DNA of 64,000 nucleotides from Deltaproteobacteria bacterium (GCA_032128115.1 JAQBHB010000093.1:96001-160000), one strand, 5' to 3'. Shown: positions 46,087 to 55,393, counted from the first letter of the stretch. A program made the numbers and translations. Notes: generated by a model from the letters alone, not told the origin.

Positions 46087-47387
46087 CAGAGCCTCGGGTT
46101 CTCGTACCAGATCACGCCCAGGCCGCGTTCGTGGTCCACCTTCTCCTCGGTGGTGATGGCATCCAGGTCGCCGTCCCCGTCCAGGTCGTGAAGTTCGATG
46201 CGGTCGAACTTGATTCCGCGCGGACCGCTTACGTTGTGGATCTGCCAGCCGGGGGAGGTGGGCGTGCCGCCGGCGTCGTACCAGGTGACGCCCCAGCGCT
46301 CGTAGCCCAGCAGCCACGCCAGCCACACGGCCGGGCGATTCCAGGTGCGGGTCAGCACGATGTCGTTCTTCCCGTCCCCGTCCACGTCGGCGATGGTGGC
46401 GGCTTTGCCGGTGCCGCCGTTGGCGGCGATCTCGATATCGTGGCCTTCCCACGCCCGGCCCACCGCGTCGAGGGCGCGAAACCAGCGCAGCCCGTCTTGC
46501 GTGGGCGCCACCACGTCGTCCCGGCCGTCTCCGTCCAGGTCGCCCACATCGGCAAAGGCCGCGCCCTTGCCCCGGGCCCCGATCTCGTGCAGGGTCCAGG
46601 CCTGGGTCTGCCGGGGTCCCGGCCCGGGGTTCTCGAGCCAGCCGAGTCCGGCATCCGAGTCTTCCCGCACGCCAGCGCTCAGCAACAGATCGCGATCGCC
46701 GTCTCCATCGAAGTCGTGGGGCGAGAGCGACATGACCTTGTCTCCACCGCGGTGGATTTCGTACGCCTGCCAGGAGACGAGATCGCGAGCGTCGGGCGCT
46801 GCGGTCAACAGTGTCACCACGGCCGTTCCCTTCAGACTTCCCACTACGATGTCGGGTCCATGGCGTCCATCCACCTGGAAGACGCTGGCCTGGATCCAGT
46901 TCTGGTCGGCGGTCGCTGGGATCTTCTCGGTCGTCCAGTGCGCTTCATCCCGGTACTGGGAGCGAGCGGTGGGCGCCCAGTGCACGTAGACCCCGTTTCC
47001 TCCCGAGACGTCGCTGCCTTCGGTGGCGCTCACGACATCGGCGGCTCCATCCCCGTCCAGATCCGCCAACAGCGCATCTTCGGGCCCCTTGACCCGGCCC
47101 ACGGTCACCTGGGGCCAGCCCTGGGTCACGTGGTGGCGGCCCGGGTGGAGATACACGCGCACCTGGCTGGCCGTTTCCCACGGTACGGCCAGATCCACGC
47201 GGCCGTCGCCGTTCACATCGAGCAGTTTGACGCCATCGGCACCGGTCGCCGAGTCATCGATCACGTGCATGGCCCAGGGGCCGTCCGGCGATTCGGGGCT
47301 GCAGGCCGCCACCAGGGCGACGAGCGCCGCAGCAGCTGCAAGCTTCTGGGTCCGGCGGCAGCTGCTCTCGCGCACAACCATGGGCAT
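46086..47387 (-). CDS. FG-GAP/VCBS repeat lipoprotein
   Basis: Lipobox LVAAC and repeated DxxGDGxxD motifs (DVNGDGRVD, DLDGDGAAD, DFDGDGDRD, DLDGDGRDD, DVDGDGKND, DLDGDGDLD). Confidence 0.85.
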   Translation of the reverse strand: MPMVVRESSCRRTQKLAAAAALVALVAACSPESPDGPWAMHVIDDSATGADGVKLLDVNGDGRVDLAVPWETASQVRVYLHPGRHHVTQGWPQVTVGRVKGPEDALLADLDGDGAADVVSATEGSDVSGGNGVYVHWAPTARSQYRDEAHWTTEKIPATADQNWIQASVFQVDGRHGPDIVVGSLKGTAVVTLLTAAPDARDLVSWQAYEIHRGGDKVMSLSPHDFDGDGDRDLLLSAGVREDSDAGLGWLENPGPGPRQTQAWTLHEIGARGKGAAFADVGDLDGDGRDDVVAPTQDGLRWFRALDAVGRAWEGHDIEIAANGGTGKAATIADVDGDGKNDIVLTRTWNRPAVWLAWLLGYERWGVTWYDAGGTPTSPGWQIHNVSGPRGIKFDRIELHDLDGDGDLDAITTEEKVDHERGLGVIWYENPRL

Positions 47388-47459
47388 CCGGCCAGGGGCT
47401 CCCGAAAGTCGCCGTGTCGTGGTCGTTTGCCGCAGGGGGGAACGCGGCCCACGGGGCCG

Positions 47460-47534
47460 CGCGGATTCGGCTGCGGGGCCTTCCACGCGTCCCCGCGGAT
47501 TCGGCTGCGGGGCCTTCCTCGCGTCCCCGCGGAT
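47460..47534. repeat. 34-bp tandem repeat x2.2 in a divergent intergenic region
   Basis: CGCGGATTCGGCTGCGGGGCCTTCC(A/T)CGCGTCCC at 47460-47493 and 47494-47527, then CGCGGAT. Confidence 0.93.
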
Positions 47535-47628
47535 CGGATCATAGGTCGCCGGCTCGGTCGCGAGCAAGCGAGGCGATCGGTCCTTGACGGCGTCGCCACG
47601 GCGCGGGAGCTTTCGCCCGGGAGGACAG

Positions 47629-50115
47629 GTGGACGTTCCGGGGCCGCAGCGCAGGAATCATGCGGAGTGGCTCGGCGAGGTCTTCGAGCGGATCGGAGGC
47701 TGGTCGTTCGACCACCGCGGCGGGGTGCTGCTTGGCTGCATTGCGCTGCTCGGCGCGTGCGTCTGGCTCGCGTCCGGCGTCCGCTTCGACAACAGCTTCG
47801 AGTCCTACTTCGACAACGGCGATCCGGCCTACCGGGCCTACAACCGCTATCGCGACGATTTCGGCTCGGACGAGATCTCCTACATCCTCTACGAGGCGCC
47901 TGGGCGCAGCCACGGGGTCTTCGACCTCGAGGTGATGCGGTCGATCCGCGAGCTCACCGCCGAACTGGAAGCCGTCCCGTTCGTGAAGGAGGTCACGAGT
48001 CTCAGCAACGCCGAGTTCCTGGAGGGGGTTCCCGACGGCATCGAGATCCATGAGCTGCTGGAGGAATTCCCCGAGAGCCAGGAGGAGCTGTTGGCGATTC
48101 GCCGCCGCGTGCTCCAGGAGCCCCTGTATGTGGGCGGTCTGGTGAGCGAGGACGGTCGCTACGCCGCGCTCATCGTCGAGATGTACGCCTCGACGGTCTC
48201 GCCCCTGGAGGAGCTGCGGTTGGATCCGGATGCGGGCGACGGCCTCTCCAACCTGTACCCCCAGGTCCCCTATCACCGGATCGAGGAGATCCTGGCGCGT
48301 CCCGAGTACCAGGAGATCCGGTTCCAACACGTGGGCGAGGTGCCGCTCAACGCAATCTACAACGAAGTGGTGCAGGGCGAGAGCGGAATGCTGGGGGGCC
48401 TGACCCTGGCTGCCATCGCGCTGCTGCTGTTCGTCTTCTTCCGCCGGGCCATCGGAGTGATCGGTCCCATGGTGGTGGTGGCCCTGAGCATCCTCGTCGC
48501 CATCGCCTGGCTGGGGGTCGCGGGCTGGAATCTCGATCTCATGTTCATCATGTTGCCAACGCTGCTGATCGCCGTAGGCGTCGCCGACTCGGTCCACATC
48601 ATCGCGGAGTTTCGCGCCTTCCACGCGGAGCTTGGCGACCGGCGGGAGGCAGCGAGTCGAACCCTCTCCCTGGTGGGTCCCGCCTGCCTGCTCACGAGCC
48701 TGACCACCGCCGCGGGCATGGCCTCCATGTCGATCGCCCCGATCGTGGCGATCTCCCATTTCGCCATCTACTCCGCCGTGGGCGTGATGGCGGCCTTCCT
48801 GTTCTCCATGACCCTGCTGTTCGTGCTGCTGTCCTTCGGGCGTCGCCATCTCGAGCGGGTCGCCACGGCCGAGGAGGTGGCGCGGGCCAAGGGCGGTGCG
48901 CGCTTCCAGCGAGGGCTCGCCGCGGTGGCCCACTTCGACGTGCGTCACCGGCGCGCGATCCTCTCGTGGTTCGCCCTGCTGTTCGTGGTCTCGACCCTGG
49001 GCATTGCGCGCCTGCGAGTCGATTCGAACTTCATGCACGAGTTCTCGGCCGACGAGCCGGTGCGCCGCGCCACCGAGTACGTAGACGGAATCATGGGGGG
49101 AACCCTCAGCGTCGTCTACCTCTTCGACTCCGGGCATCCGGAGGGCATCGTGGATCCGCAGGTCCTGGGGGAGATCGAGCGCGTGCAGCGGGAGGCCGAG
49201 ACGCACGCGGATACGGTCCAGAAGACCTATTCGGTGGCCGACGTGATCGTCGACCTGAACCAGGCCTTCCACGAGGAGGATCCGAGCTTCCGCGTGCTTC
49301 CGGAGACCCGGGATCTGACGGCGCAATACCTGCTGCTCTACGAGATGTCCGGAGGCGAGGAGGTGAGGGACTACGTCTCCAGCGACTTCGCCCGTGCCAG
49401 CCTGCAGGTGCGAAGCCGGACGGTGGCCACCAGCGTGCTCGGCGAGATGGTCGACGGCGTGGAGCGCTACCTGGAGGAGCAGCCGGTCACCGCATCGAGC
49501 GTCAGCGTCACGGGGGTGGGGGCCCTCTGGCTGGAGCTCCAGGACTACATCACCCGCAGCCAGATTCGCGGCTTCCTGCTGGCGTTTATCGTGATCGCCG
49601 CCCTGCTGTGCTTCGTGTTCCAGTCGCTGCGAATCGGCATGGTCGCCATGATTCCGAATCTCTCCCCGGTGGTATTCACCCTGGGCTTCATGGGATGGTT
49701 CGACATTCCGCTGGACTATGTGCGCTTGTTGATCGCCAGCGTTGCCATCGGAATCTCCGTGGACGATACGATCCACCACGTGATGCGGTACCAGACCGAG
49801 TTTCGGCGCTCCGGCAGCTACGAGCGCGCCCTGCATGCGTCCATGGCCGACGTGGGGCGGGCCCTGTTCATCACATCTGCAGTGCTGGTGGTGGGCTTCT
49901 TGATGCTCGCGTTCTCGCGCCTGGACACGATGCTGATGTTCGGGAGCCTGCTGGCGATCACCATTGCCATCGCCCTGATCGCGGATTTCTTCCTGATGCC
50001 CGCTCTGGTGATGACCGTGAAGCCGTTCGGGCCGGAGTGGACGGCCGCGGCTGCCCCGGCCCGTTCCGATCGGGGCGTGGCCCCGGGCGCGGTGGCCCGC
50101 GCGCCGGGAACCTGA
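47629..50115 (+). CDS. MMPL/RND family transporter (paralog of 17387-19846)
   Basis: DNSFESYF, GVADSVH, TSLTTAAG, IPNLSP, GISVDDTIH. SD GGAGGA then GTG. Confidence 0.9.
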   Translation: MDVPGPQRRNHAEWLGEVFERIGGWSFDHRGGVLLGCIALLGACVWLASGVRFDNSFESYFDNGDPAYRAYNRYRDDFGSDEISYILYEAPGRSHGVFDLEVMRSIRELTAELEAVPFVKEVTSLSNAEFLEGVPDGIEIHELLEEFPESQEELLAIRRRVLQEPLYVGGLVSEDGRYAALIVEMYASTVSPLEELRLDPDAGDGLSNLYPQVPYHRIEEILARPEYQEIRFQHVGEVPLNAIYNEVVQGESGMLGGLTLAAIALLLFVFFRRAIGVIGPMVVVALSILVAIAWLGVAGWNLDLMFIMLPTLLIAVGVADSVHIIAEFRAFHAELGDRREAASRTLSLVGPACLLTSLTTAAGMASMSIAPIVAISHFAIYSAVGVMAAFLFSMTLLFVLLSFGRRHLERVATAEEVARAKGGARFQRGLAAVAHFDVRHRRAILSWFALLFVVSTLGIARLRVDSNFMHEFSADEPVRRATEYVDGIMGGTLSVVYLFDSGHPEGIVDPQVLGEIERVQREAETHADTVQKTYSVADVIVDLNQAFHEEDPSFRVLPETRDLTAQYLLLYEMSGGEEVRDYVSSDFARASLQVRSRTVATSVLGEMVDGVERYLEEQPVTASSVSVTGVGALWLELQDYITRSQIRGFLLAFIVIAALLCFVFQSLRIGMVAMIPNLSPVVFTLGFMGWFDIPLDYVRLLIASVAIGISVDDTIHHVMRYQTEFRRSGSYERALHASMADVGRALFITSAVLVVGFLMLAFSRLDTMLMFGSLLAITIAIALIADFFLMPALVMTVKPFGPEWTAAAAPARSDRGVAPGAVARAPGT

Positions 50116-50132
50116 GCCCTCCGGGTCGCGTC

Positions 50133-51176
50133 GTGGGCCGCGTGCTGCTGCTCCTGCTGGGGCTCGTCATCGGCGTCGCGCTGGCCCTGGAAGGGGGGCT
50201 GCGCGTGTTCCGGGAAGAACAGCTGGGAATCCCCCGGGACGAACGTTTGTTCTACCGGCACCACCCGCGCCTGGGCTGGATGCCGGAGCCGGGGAGCGCG
50301 CGCGAGCTGACGGGTGCGCGGCGCGTGCACGTGACCCACAACCTCGAAGGATTCCGGGATCGCGACCACGGAGCCAAGCGGCGGCCGCGCCTGCTCTTCG
50401 TTGGGGACTCCTACGTGTGGGGCTACGACGTCGAGGCGTCCGAGCGGTTCAGCGATCTGCTGCAGGCGCGGCTTGCCGGTGTGGAGGTTCTCAACCTGGG
50501 GGTTTCCGGATACGGCACCGATCAGGAGTACCTGCTGCTGCAGGAGGCCCTCGAGCGCTACGACCCGGACTGGGTGGTGTTGGTGATGGGGCCCAACGAC
50601 ACGCTGGACAATCGTCGCAACCACGTGTCGGGTCGGACCTGGAAGCCCTGGTTCGCCCTGGACGGCGGCGAGCTGGTGCCAAAGGGCATCCCGGTGCCCG
50701 CGTCTCTCGCCTATGTGCAGCGCGAGCACCCGATCCTGTTGTCGAGCTTCCTGGTGCGGGCGGGGGTACAGGCCTTCCTGCGCCTGACGGGGCCGGTTCC
50801 GCAGTTGCAGCCCGACGATCCCAGCGAGGCGTTGGTGGCGGCAGCCGGTCGTCTCGTCCGGGACCACGGCGCGGAATTCGGCCTCGCCTGGGTGGGGACC
50901 CGCGGCTTGCCGGATGACGTGACTCGCTGGTTGGAGGGGCAGGTCGGACCCCAGGCGGCGAGCCTGCGTTTTCCCGTGGAGCTGTGTCGTCGCGAGGAGA
51001 TCCCGTGTCTCGATCTGTCCCACGATCTCACGTACCCGAGCCACGGCTGGCACTGGACGCCGGAAGGGCACCGGGAGGTGGCCGAACGCCTGCTTCCGTT
51101 CCTGCAGGATCAGGGCTGGCTCGCCGAGACGGCCGGATTGTTGGGGCCCGTGCGCTGGATTCAATCGGCGCCGTAG
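50133..51176 (+). CDS. SGNH/GDSL hydrolase family protein
   Basis: N-terminal TM, HPRLGW, GFRD, GDSYVWG, NLGVSGYGTDQ, PND, HWTPEGH. Confidence 0.85.
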   Translation: MGRVLLLLLGLVIGVALALEGGLRVFREEQLGIPRDERLFYRHHPRLGWMPEPGSARELTGARRVHVTHNLEGFRDRDHGAKRRPRLLFVGDSYVWGYDVEASERFSDLLQARLAGVEVLNLGVSGYGTDQEYLLLQEALERYDPDWVVLVMGPNDTLDNRRNHVSGRTWKPWFALDGGELVPKGIPVPASLAYVQREHPILLSSFLVRAGVQAFLRLTGPVPQLQPDDPSEALVAAAGRLVRDHGAEFGLAWVGTRGLPDDVTRWLEGQVGPQAASLRFPVELCRREEIPCLDLSHDLTYPSHGWHWTPEGHREVAERLLPFLQDQGWLAETAGLLGPVRWIQSAP

Positions 51177-52567
51177 CCCAGATCCCGCAGGCCCTGCTTC
51201 TCGGCTTCGGAAAGGGGAACCTGCTCGGTTCCGGGCGTCGCGCGCCGGGCCAGGTCTTCCCGGGTGCGGTGAAGGGCGCTGGAAAGGGCGGCGACCGCGC
51301 CGGCATCCGTGCTCGGGCTGCTCTCGCCGGGATCCAGGTCCAGGTCGTAGACCAGATGCCGCCCTGCCGGGTCCACCAGGAGCTTGGTGCGGCCCCGCAC
51401 CAGCCCCAGCTGGTGCCCGCGCGTGTCCGCGCCCTCGTGCTTGTCGCCGAGCTCAAGCACCACATCGGGCGGCGCGTCGTCGTCGCGATCCGAAGTCCCG
51501 CGGCGGAATGGGCCGGGCGGGTACAGCATCGGCACCAGCGAGCGCCCCTCGAAGCGCTGCTCGCCGACGATGCCCAACAGCTCGACCAGGGTCGGGGCCA
51601 GGTCGAGAAGCGACACCGGCTGTTCGATCACGCGCCCACCCAAGGTGCCCGGGGCCAGGATCAGCAGGGGCACGCGCACCGACTCCTCGTACAGGGTAAA
51701 GCCGTGGAGGATGCGTCCGTGCTCCCGAAACTCCTCGCCGTGATCGGCGGTCAGAACCACGATCGCGTCGTCCAGGAAGCCCCGGCGCGTGAGCTCCGCG
51801 AACAGACGCTCGAGCTCAGCGTCCAGGTAGGCCACTTCCCCGTCGTAGAGCGCCTCGAGTACTTCGATCTCGGAGTCATCCAGGCTGTCGAGTGCCAGCT
51901 GCATGAGCTTGTCGTTGGCGGACTTTTCCAGGGCGCCGCCCGGGTCCTCACGCTGGAAGCGGCGCCGAAACGCCTGGGGCGGATCGTAGGGTGTGTGGGT
52001 GTCCATGAACTGGAGATAGAGGAAGACGCGCTTCGGATTCGCCGGGTCCCAGCCCGAGTCGAGCCACTGGAGGCTCCGCTGACTCAGGAATCCCGCCCGC
52101 ACGGGGGCCTTGCGATAGGGCGGCACGAACGCGCCCACGAAGAACTGCCAGATGTCGAAGCCCTGGGCGTAACCGAGTTTCTCCGTGAGCCGGTTGTTGG
52201 CGGAAAATCCGGCGGTGACGAAACCCGCGCCCTTGAGGGCCTCGGCCAGGGTGGCCTCGTCCGAGCCCATCTTCGAGGCGAAGCTCGACACCTGATGCTG
52301 GGACGGATATCGGGAGGTGAAGAGCGAAGCCACCGAGGGACACGTCCAGGAGCTCGGTGCGTAGGCGTGGGCGAATACGCTGCCCCTTGCGGCCAGGGAA
52401 TCCAGGAACGGGGTGAGGCCGCGCGACGACCCGTAGGCGCCCAGACGATCGGCGCGCAGGGTGTCGGCCACGACCAGCAGAACGCGTTCCGCGGGCGCGG
52501 GCGGGCCTCCTCCACATCCTCCGAGCGCCAGGACCGAAGCCAGCAGCAGGCCGCTCGCACGCGTCAT
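51161..52567 (-). CDS. Sulfatase/alkaline-phosphatase superfamily lipoprotein with Thr-type motif
   Basis: Lipobox LGGC, ADTLRAD, WTCPSVASLFT, DTHTPY, YDGEV, ADHGEEF, VPL, SLLDLAPT. Confidence 0.88.
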   Translation of the reverse strand: MTRASGLLLASVLALGGCGGGPPAPAERVLLVVADTLRADRLGAYGSSRGLTPFLDSLAARGSVFAHAYAPSSWTCPSVASLFTSRYPSQHQVSSFASKMGSDEATLAEALKGAGFVTAGFSANNRLTEKLGYAQGFDIWQFFVGAFVPPYRKAPVRAGFLSQRSLQWLDSGWDPANPKRVFLYLQFMDTHTPYDPPQAFRRRFQREDPGGALEKSANDKLMQLALDSLDDSEIEVLEALYDGEVAYLDAELERLFAELTRRGFLDDAIVVLTADHGEEFREHGRILHGFTLYEESVRVPLLILAPGTLGGRVIEQPVSLLDLAPTLVELLGIVGEQRFEGRSLVPMLYPPGPFRRGTSDRDDDAPPDVVLELGDKHEGADTRGHQLGLVRGRTKLLVDPAGRHLVYDLDLDPGESSPSTDAGAVAALSSALHRTREDLARRATPGTEQVPLSEAEKQGLRDLGYGAD

Positions 52568-52582
52568 CGCCGGGGGAGCCTA

Positions 52583-53185
52583 TCAGCGAATCGGCGCCAG
52601 TGCGTCGATCACCAACTGGGGGTCGAGCCAGAAATGGTAATCCTCGCGCACGTCCACGAAGCGAACGATGCCGTCGCGATCCAGGACGTAGGTGGCCGGG
52701 TGGGGAACGCCTTCTTCCATGGATTCGCCGCCCGAAAGGCGCAGGGCCAGGCTGTCGATGGCCTCGCTTCGGGGATCCGCCACGAAACGAATGCGATCGC
52801 GCAGGCCGTTCTCGTCGACGAAGCGCCGGGTCTTCTCATTGACCTGGTTGTCCGCCAACACGTAGACGATCTCCACGTCGTCCATGCCGTCGAACGCCTG
52901 CCGCAGCTCCACGAGCCGCGCCTTGGTGAAGGGTCACCAATCGACGCTTCGCTCGAATGTGAGCACGACCCGGTGGCCTCGCAGATCCGCCAGTCGCAGG
53001 CTGGAGCCGTCGTCCAGGTCGACGAAGCGAAGCTCCGGCAGTCGCTGTCCCTCGCTCCCCACGGCGCCCTCGACGTCGGCGCGCACGCGGTTCTCGGGTC
53101 CACGCCGGCCCAGGTCGAGCCTCGGCAGCCACAAGTCCAGGCCCAGCAGCACCACGATGGCGACGCTTGCGAAAGCGCGCAGCAT
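52583..53185 (-). CDS. Putative selenoprotein: membrane-anchored AhpC/TSA-type redoxin (peroxiredoxin-like), 200 aa, Sec84
   Basis: ATG 53185 (TGATG-coupled) gives ...LPELRFVDLDDGSSLRLADLRGHRVVLTFERSVDW, then TGA at 52936-52934, then in-frame PFTKARLVEL...PHPATYVLDRDGIVRF to the stop at 52583. The UGA sits at the first Cys of the thioredoxin CxxC site. Confidence 0.85.
52902..52920 (-). promoter_or_regulatory. Candidate bacterial SECIS hairpin
   Basis: mRNA CGCGGCUC-GUG-GAGCUGCG forms an 8-bp stem (one G-U). The stem starts 14 nt after the UGA and the G-first loop starts at nt 22. Confidence 0.7.
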
Positions 53186-53601
53186 CAGGCGCCGGAGCTC
53201 GCCGCGCGCGGCGGTCGCAACCACACGAACGCCAGCGCCAGCAGCAGGAACAGGGCGGCCTCGACGCGCAGAAGCTCGCCGGGCCACGTGTAGTAGTCCC
53301 CGGTGATCCAGGCCATCATGCGGTAGAAGGCCGACAATACCAGCGCCAGGGCCGTGGCGGTTCCCACGCCGCGGGCCGCGAGCGGCTCGCGCGCGGACGC
53401 AAACAGCGCGCCGCCCCAACCCAGGGACGCGCAGCCGGCGAACGCGGCAAAGTAATGGCCGGTGGGACCGGTGGGCAATCGCGGGTTGCTGTCCGGCATG
53501 TGGTAGACGAAGAAGCTCGCAAACAGCGCGAGTCCGGCCGCGATCAGGAGCGTACCCACGGCTCCACAAAGCAGGCGGTAGGCGTTCAACACGCCTCCCA
53601 T
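53185..53601 (-). CDS. Small 4-TM membrane protein of unknown function
   Basis: MGGVLNAYRLLCGAVG...; four hydrophobic segments. Its stop overlaps the redoxin ATG. Confidence 0.75.
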   Translation of the reverse strand: MGGVLNAYRLLCGAVGTLLIAAGLALFASFFVYHMPDSNPRLPTGPTGHYFAAFAGCASLGWGGALFASAREPLAARGVGTATALALVLSAFYRMMAWITGDYYTWPGELLRVEAALFLLLALAFVWLRPPRAASSGA

Positions 53602-53603
53602 AT

Positions 53604-53682
53604 AGCAGGGCTGGGCTGAGGAAAGCAGGGCCGGGCTCGGGAAGCAGGGCTGGGCTCGGAACAGCAGGGCTGGGCTCGGGAC
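53604..53682. repeat. 19-20-bp imperfect tandem repeat x4 filling a divergent intergenic region
   Basis: Core AGCAGGGCYGGGCT at 53604, 53624, 53643 and 53663. Confidence 0.92.
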
Positions 53683-53694
53683 GGGAGGGCCTGC

Positions 53695-55389
53695 GTGGCC
53701 ACGAAGCAAAAACGGGCCCTGGCGCTCGCGGGAATCGCATCGACATTGCTGCTGCTGTGGTGGATTTGCCCCAGGCCCGACCGTGTGCTGTTCGTGGGCG
53801 GCCCGATCCTGACGATCGACGCGTCCGATCGGGTCGTTGCGGCGCTGCTGGTGGTCGGCGAGCGTATCGCCGCCGTGGGCGACGAGCCAAGCGTGCGCGC
53901 CGCCGCGGGTCCAGGCGCACGCGTCGTCGACCTGGAAGGCCGGGCGCTGCTTCCCGGCTTCATCGACGCCCACGGCCATTTCCCCGGCGCCGGCCTGTTC
54001 GCCGTGGTCGCGAACCTCAACAGTCCGCCCATCGGCGACGTAGAGAACCTGTCCGACCTGGTGGAGAAGCTCCGGGACCGAGCCGCCCAGGTGGGGCCCG
54101 AAGACTGGGTGGTGGGGACCGGGTACGACGACACCCTGCTGGCCGAAGGCCGCCACCCGACGCGCCGCGATCTCGATGCCGTGTCGCGTGAGCATCCAAT
54201 CGCGGCCTGGCACATCTCGGGCCACGTGGCGGTCGTGAACTCGCTGGCGCTCGAAATCCTGGGGGTCGACGCGTCGACGCCGGATCCCGAGGGCGGACAG
54301 CTGGGGCGCGACGCCGACGGCGAGCCCAACGGGATTCTCGAGGAGAGGGCCACCGAGGCCATCGGACTGGAAACGCTCGAGCCCTCGCTGCTCGACTCAT
54401 GGCGCATCGTTCGGCTCGCGAGCCGGCTCTACCTGGAAAACGGGGTTACCACCGCCCAGAACGGCTACGCGAGTGTGGCCCACATGCGGGGCCTGGCGCT
54501 GCTGGTACGTCTGGGGCTGCTGCCGTTGCGGATCGTGGTCTGGCCCGGCGACGGGGTCGCCGACCCGTTGCTTGCGGGCGAGGTCGACTTCGAATCCCCC
54601 GACCCGTTGTGGCTGCGGCGCGGTGCGGTGAAGCTGATCGCAGACGGCTCGATCCAGGCCTACACCGGCTACCTGAGTCGGCCGTATCACGTGCCCCCGG
54701 GAGACGATCCGGAATACCGGGGCTACCCCCGCATTCCTCGCGATACGCTGATCCGGCGCGTGCTGCGCTATCACCGCCAGGGTCTGCAGGTCGCGGTTCA
54801 CGGCAACGGCGACGCGTCCATCGACGACATCCTGGACGCCTTCGAAGCCGCCCAGGCCGCCCATCCCCGGGACGACGCGCGCCACGTGGTCGTCCACGCC
54901 CAGATGGCGCGCGACGACCAGCTGGATCGCATGGCGGCGCTGGGGGTGATCCCGAGCTTCTTCAGCCTCCACACCTTCTATTGGGGGGATCGTCATCGGG
55001 ACGTGTTCATGGGCCCCGAGCGCGCTGCCCGCATGAGTCCGGCTCGCAGCGCGGCCGACCGGAATCTTCGCTTCACCCTCCACGCGGACTCGCCGGTGGT
55101 GCCGCTGGAACCGCTGCGGCTGCTGGGAGCCGCGGTGAACCGACGTACCCGCAGCGGTGCCGTCATCGGCGCCGACCAGCGTATCGACGTGGCTCGGGCC
55201 CTGCGAGCGCTGACCATCGACGCCGCCCACCAGCACTTCGAGGAGAACGACAAGGGATCCCTCGAGCCCGGCAAGCTGGCGGACCTGGTGATCCTGGATC
55301 GTTCGCCACTGGACGACCCGGAGCATGTCGACGCGATCCGGGTGTGGGAGACGATCGTGGGCGGGGAGACGGTCTACCGGAGGGAGTAG
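53695..55389 (+). CDS. Amidohydrolase_3 (YtcJ-like) metal-dependent hydrolase
   Basis: PGFIDAHGH, SGHVAVVNS, KLIADGSIQ, VHGNGD, VHAQ, HADSPV, GSLEPGKLADLVILD. Confidence 0.92.
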   Translation: MATKQKRALALAGIASTLLLLWWICPRPDRVLFVGGPILTIDASDRVVAALLVVGERIAAVGDEPSVRAAAGPGARVVDLEGRALLPGFIDAHGHFPGAGLFAVVANLNSPPIGDVENLSDLVEKLRDRAAQVGPEDWVVGTGYDDTLLAEGRHPTRRDLDAVSREHPIAAWHISGHVAVVNSLALEILGVDASTPDPEGGQLGRDADGEPNGILEERATEAIGLETLEPSLLDSWRIVRLASRLYLENGVTTAQNGYASVAHMRGLALLVRLGLLPLRIVVWPGDGVADPLLAGEVDFESPDPLWLRRGAVKLIADGSIQAYTGYLSRPYHVPPGDDPEYRGYPRIPRDTLIRRVLRYHRQGLQVAVHGNGDASIDDILDAFEAAQAAHPRDDARHVVVHAQMARDDQLDRMAALGVIPSFFSLHTFYWGDRHRDVFMGPERAARMSPARSAADRNLRFTLHADSPVVPLEPLRLLGAAVNRRTRSGAVIGADQRIDVARALRALTIDAAHQHFEENDKGSLEPGKLADLVILDRSPLDDPEHVDAIRVWETIVGGETVYRRE

Positions 55390-55393
55390 CTGC

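Noticed and set aside
52583..53185. Pseudogene or two separate small genes
   Set aside because: The single in-frame UGA falls exactly at the redox Cys column, both sides are intact, and a SECIS-like hairpin follows. Recoding explains this better.
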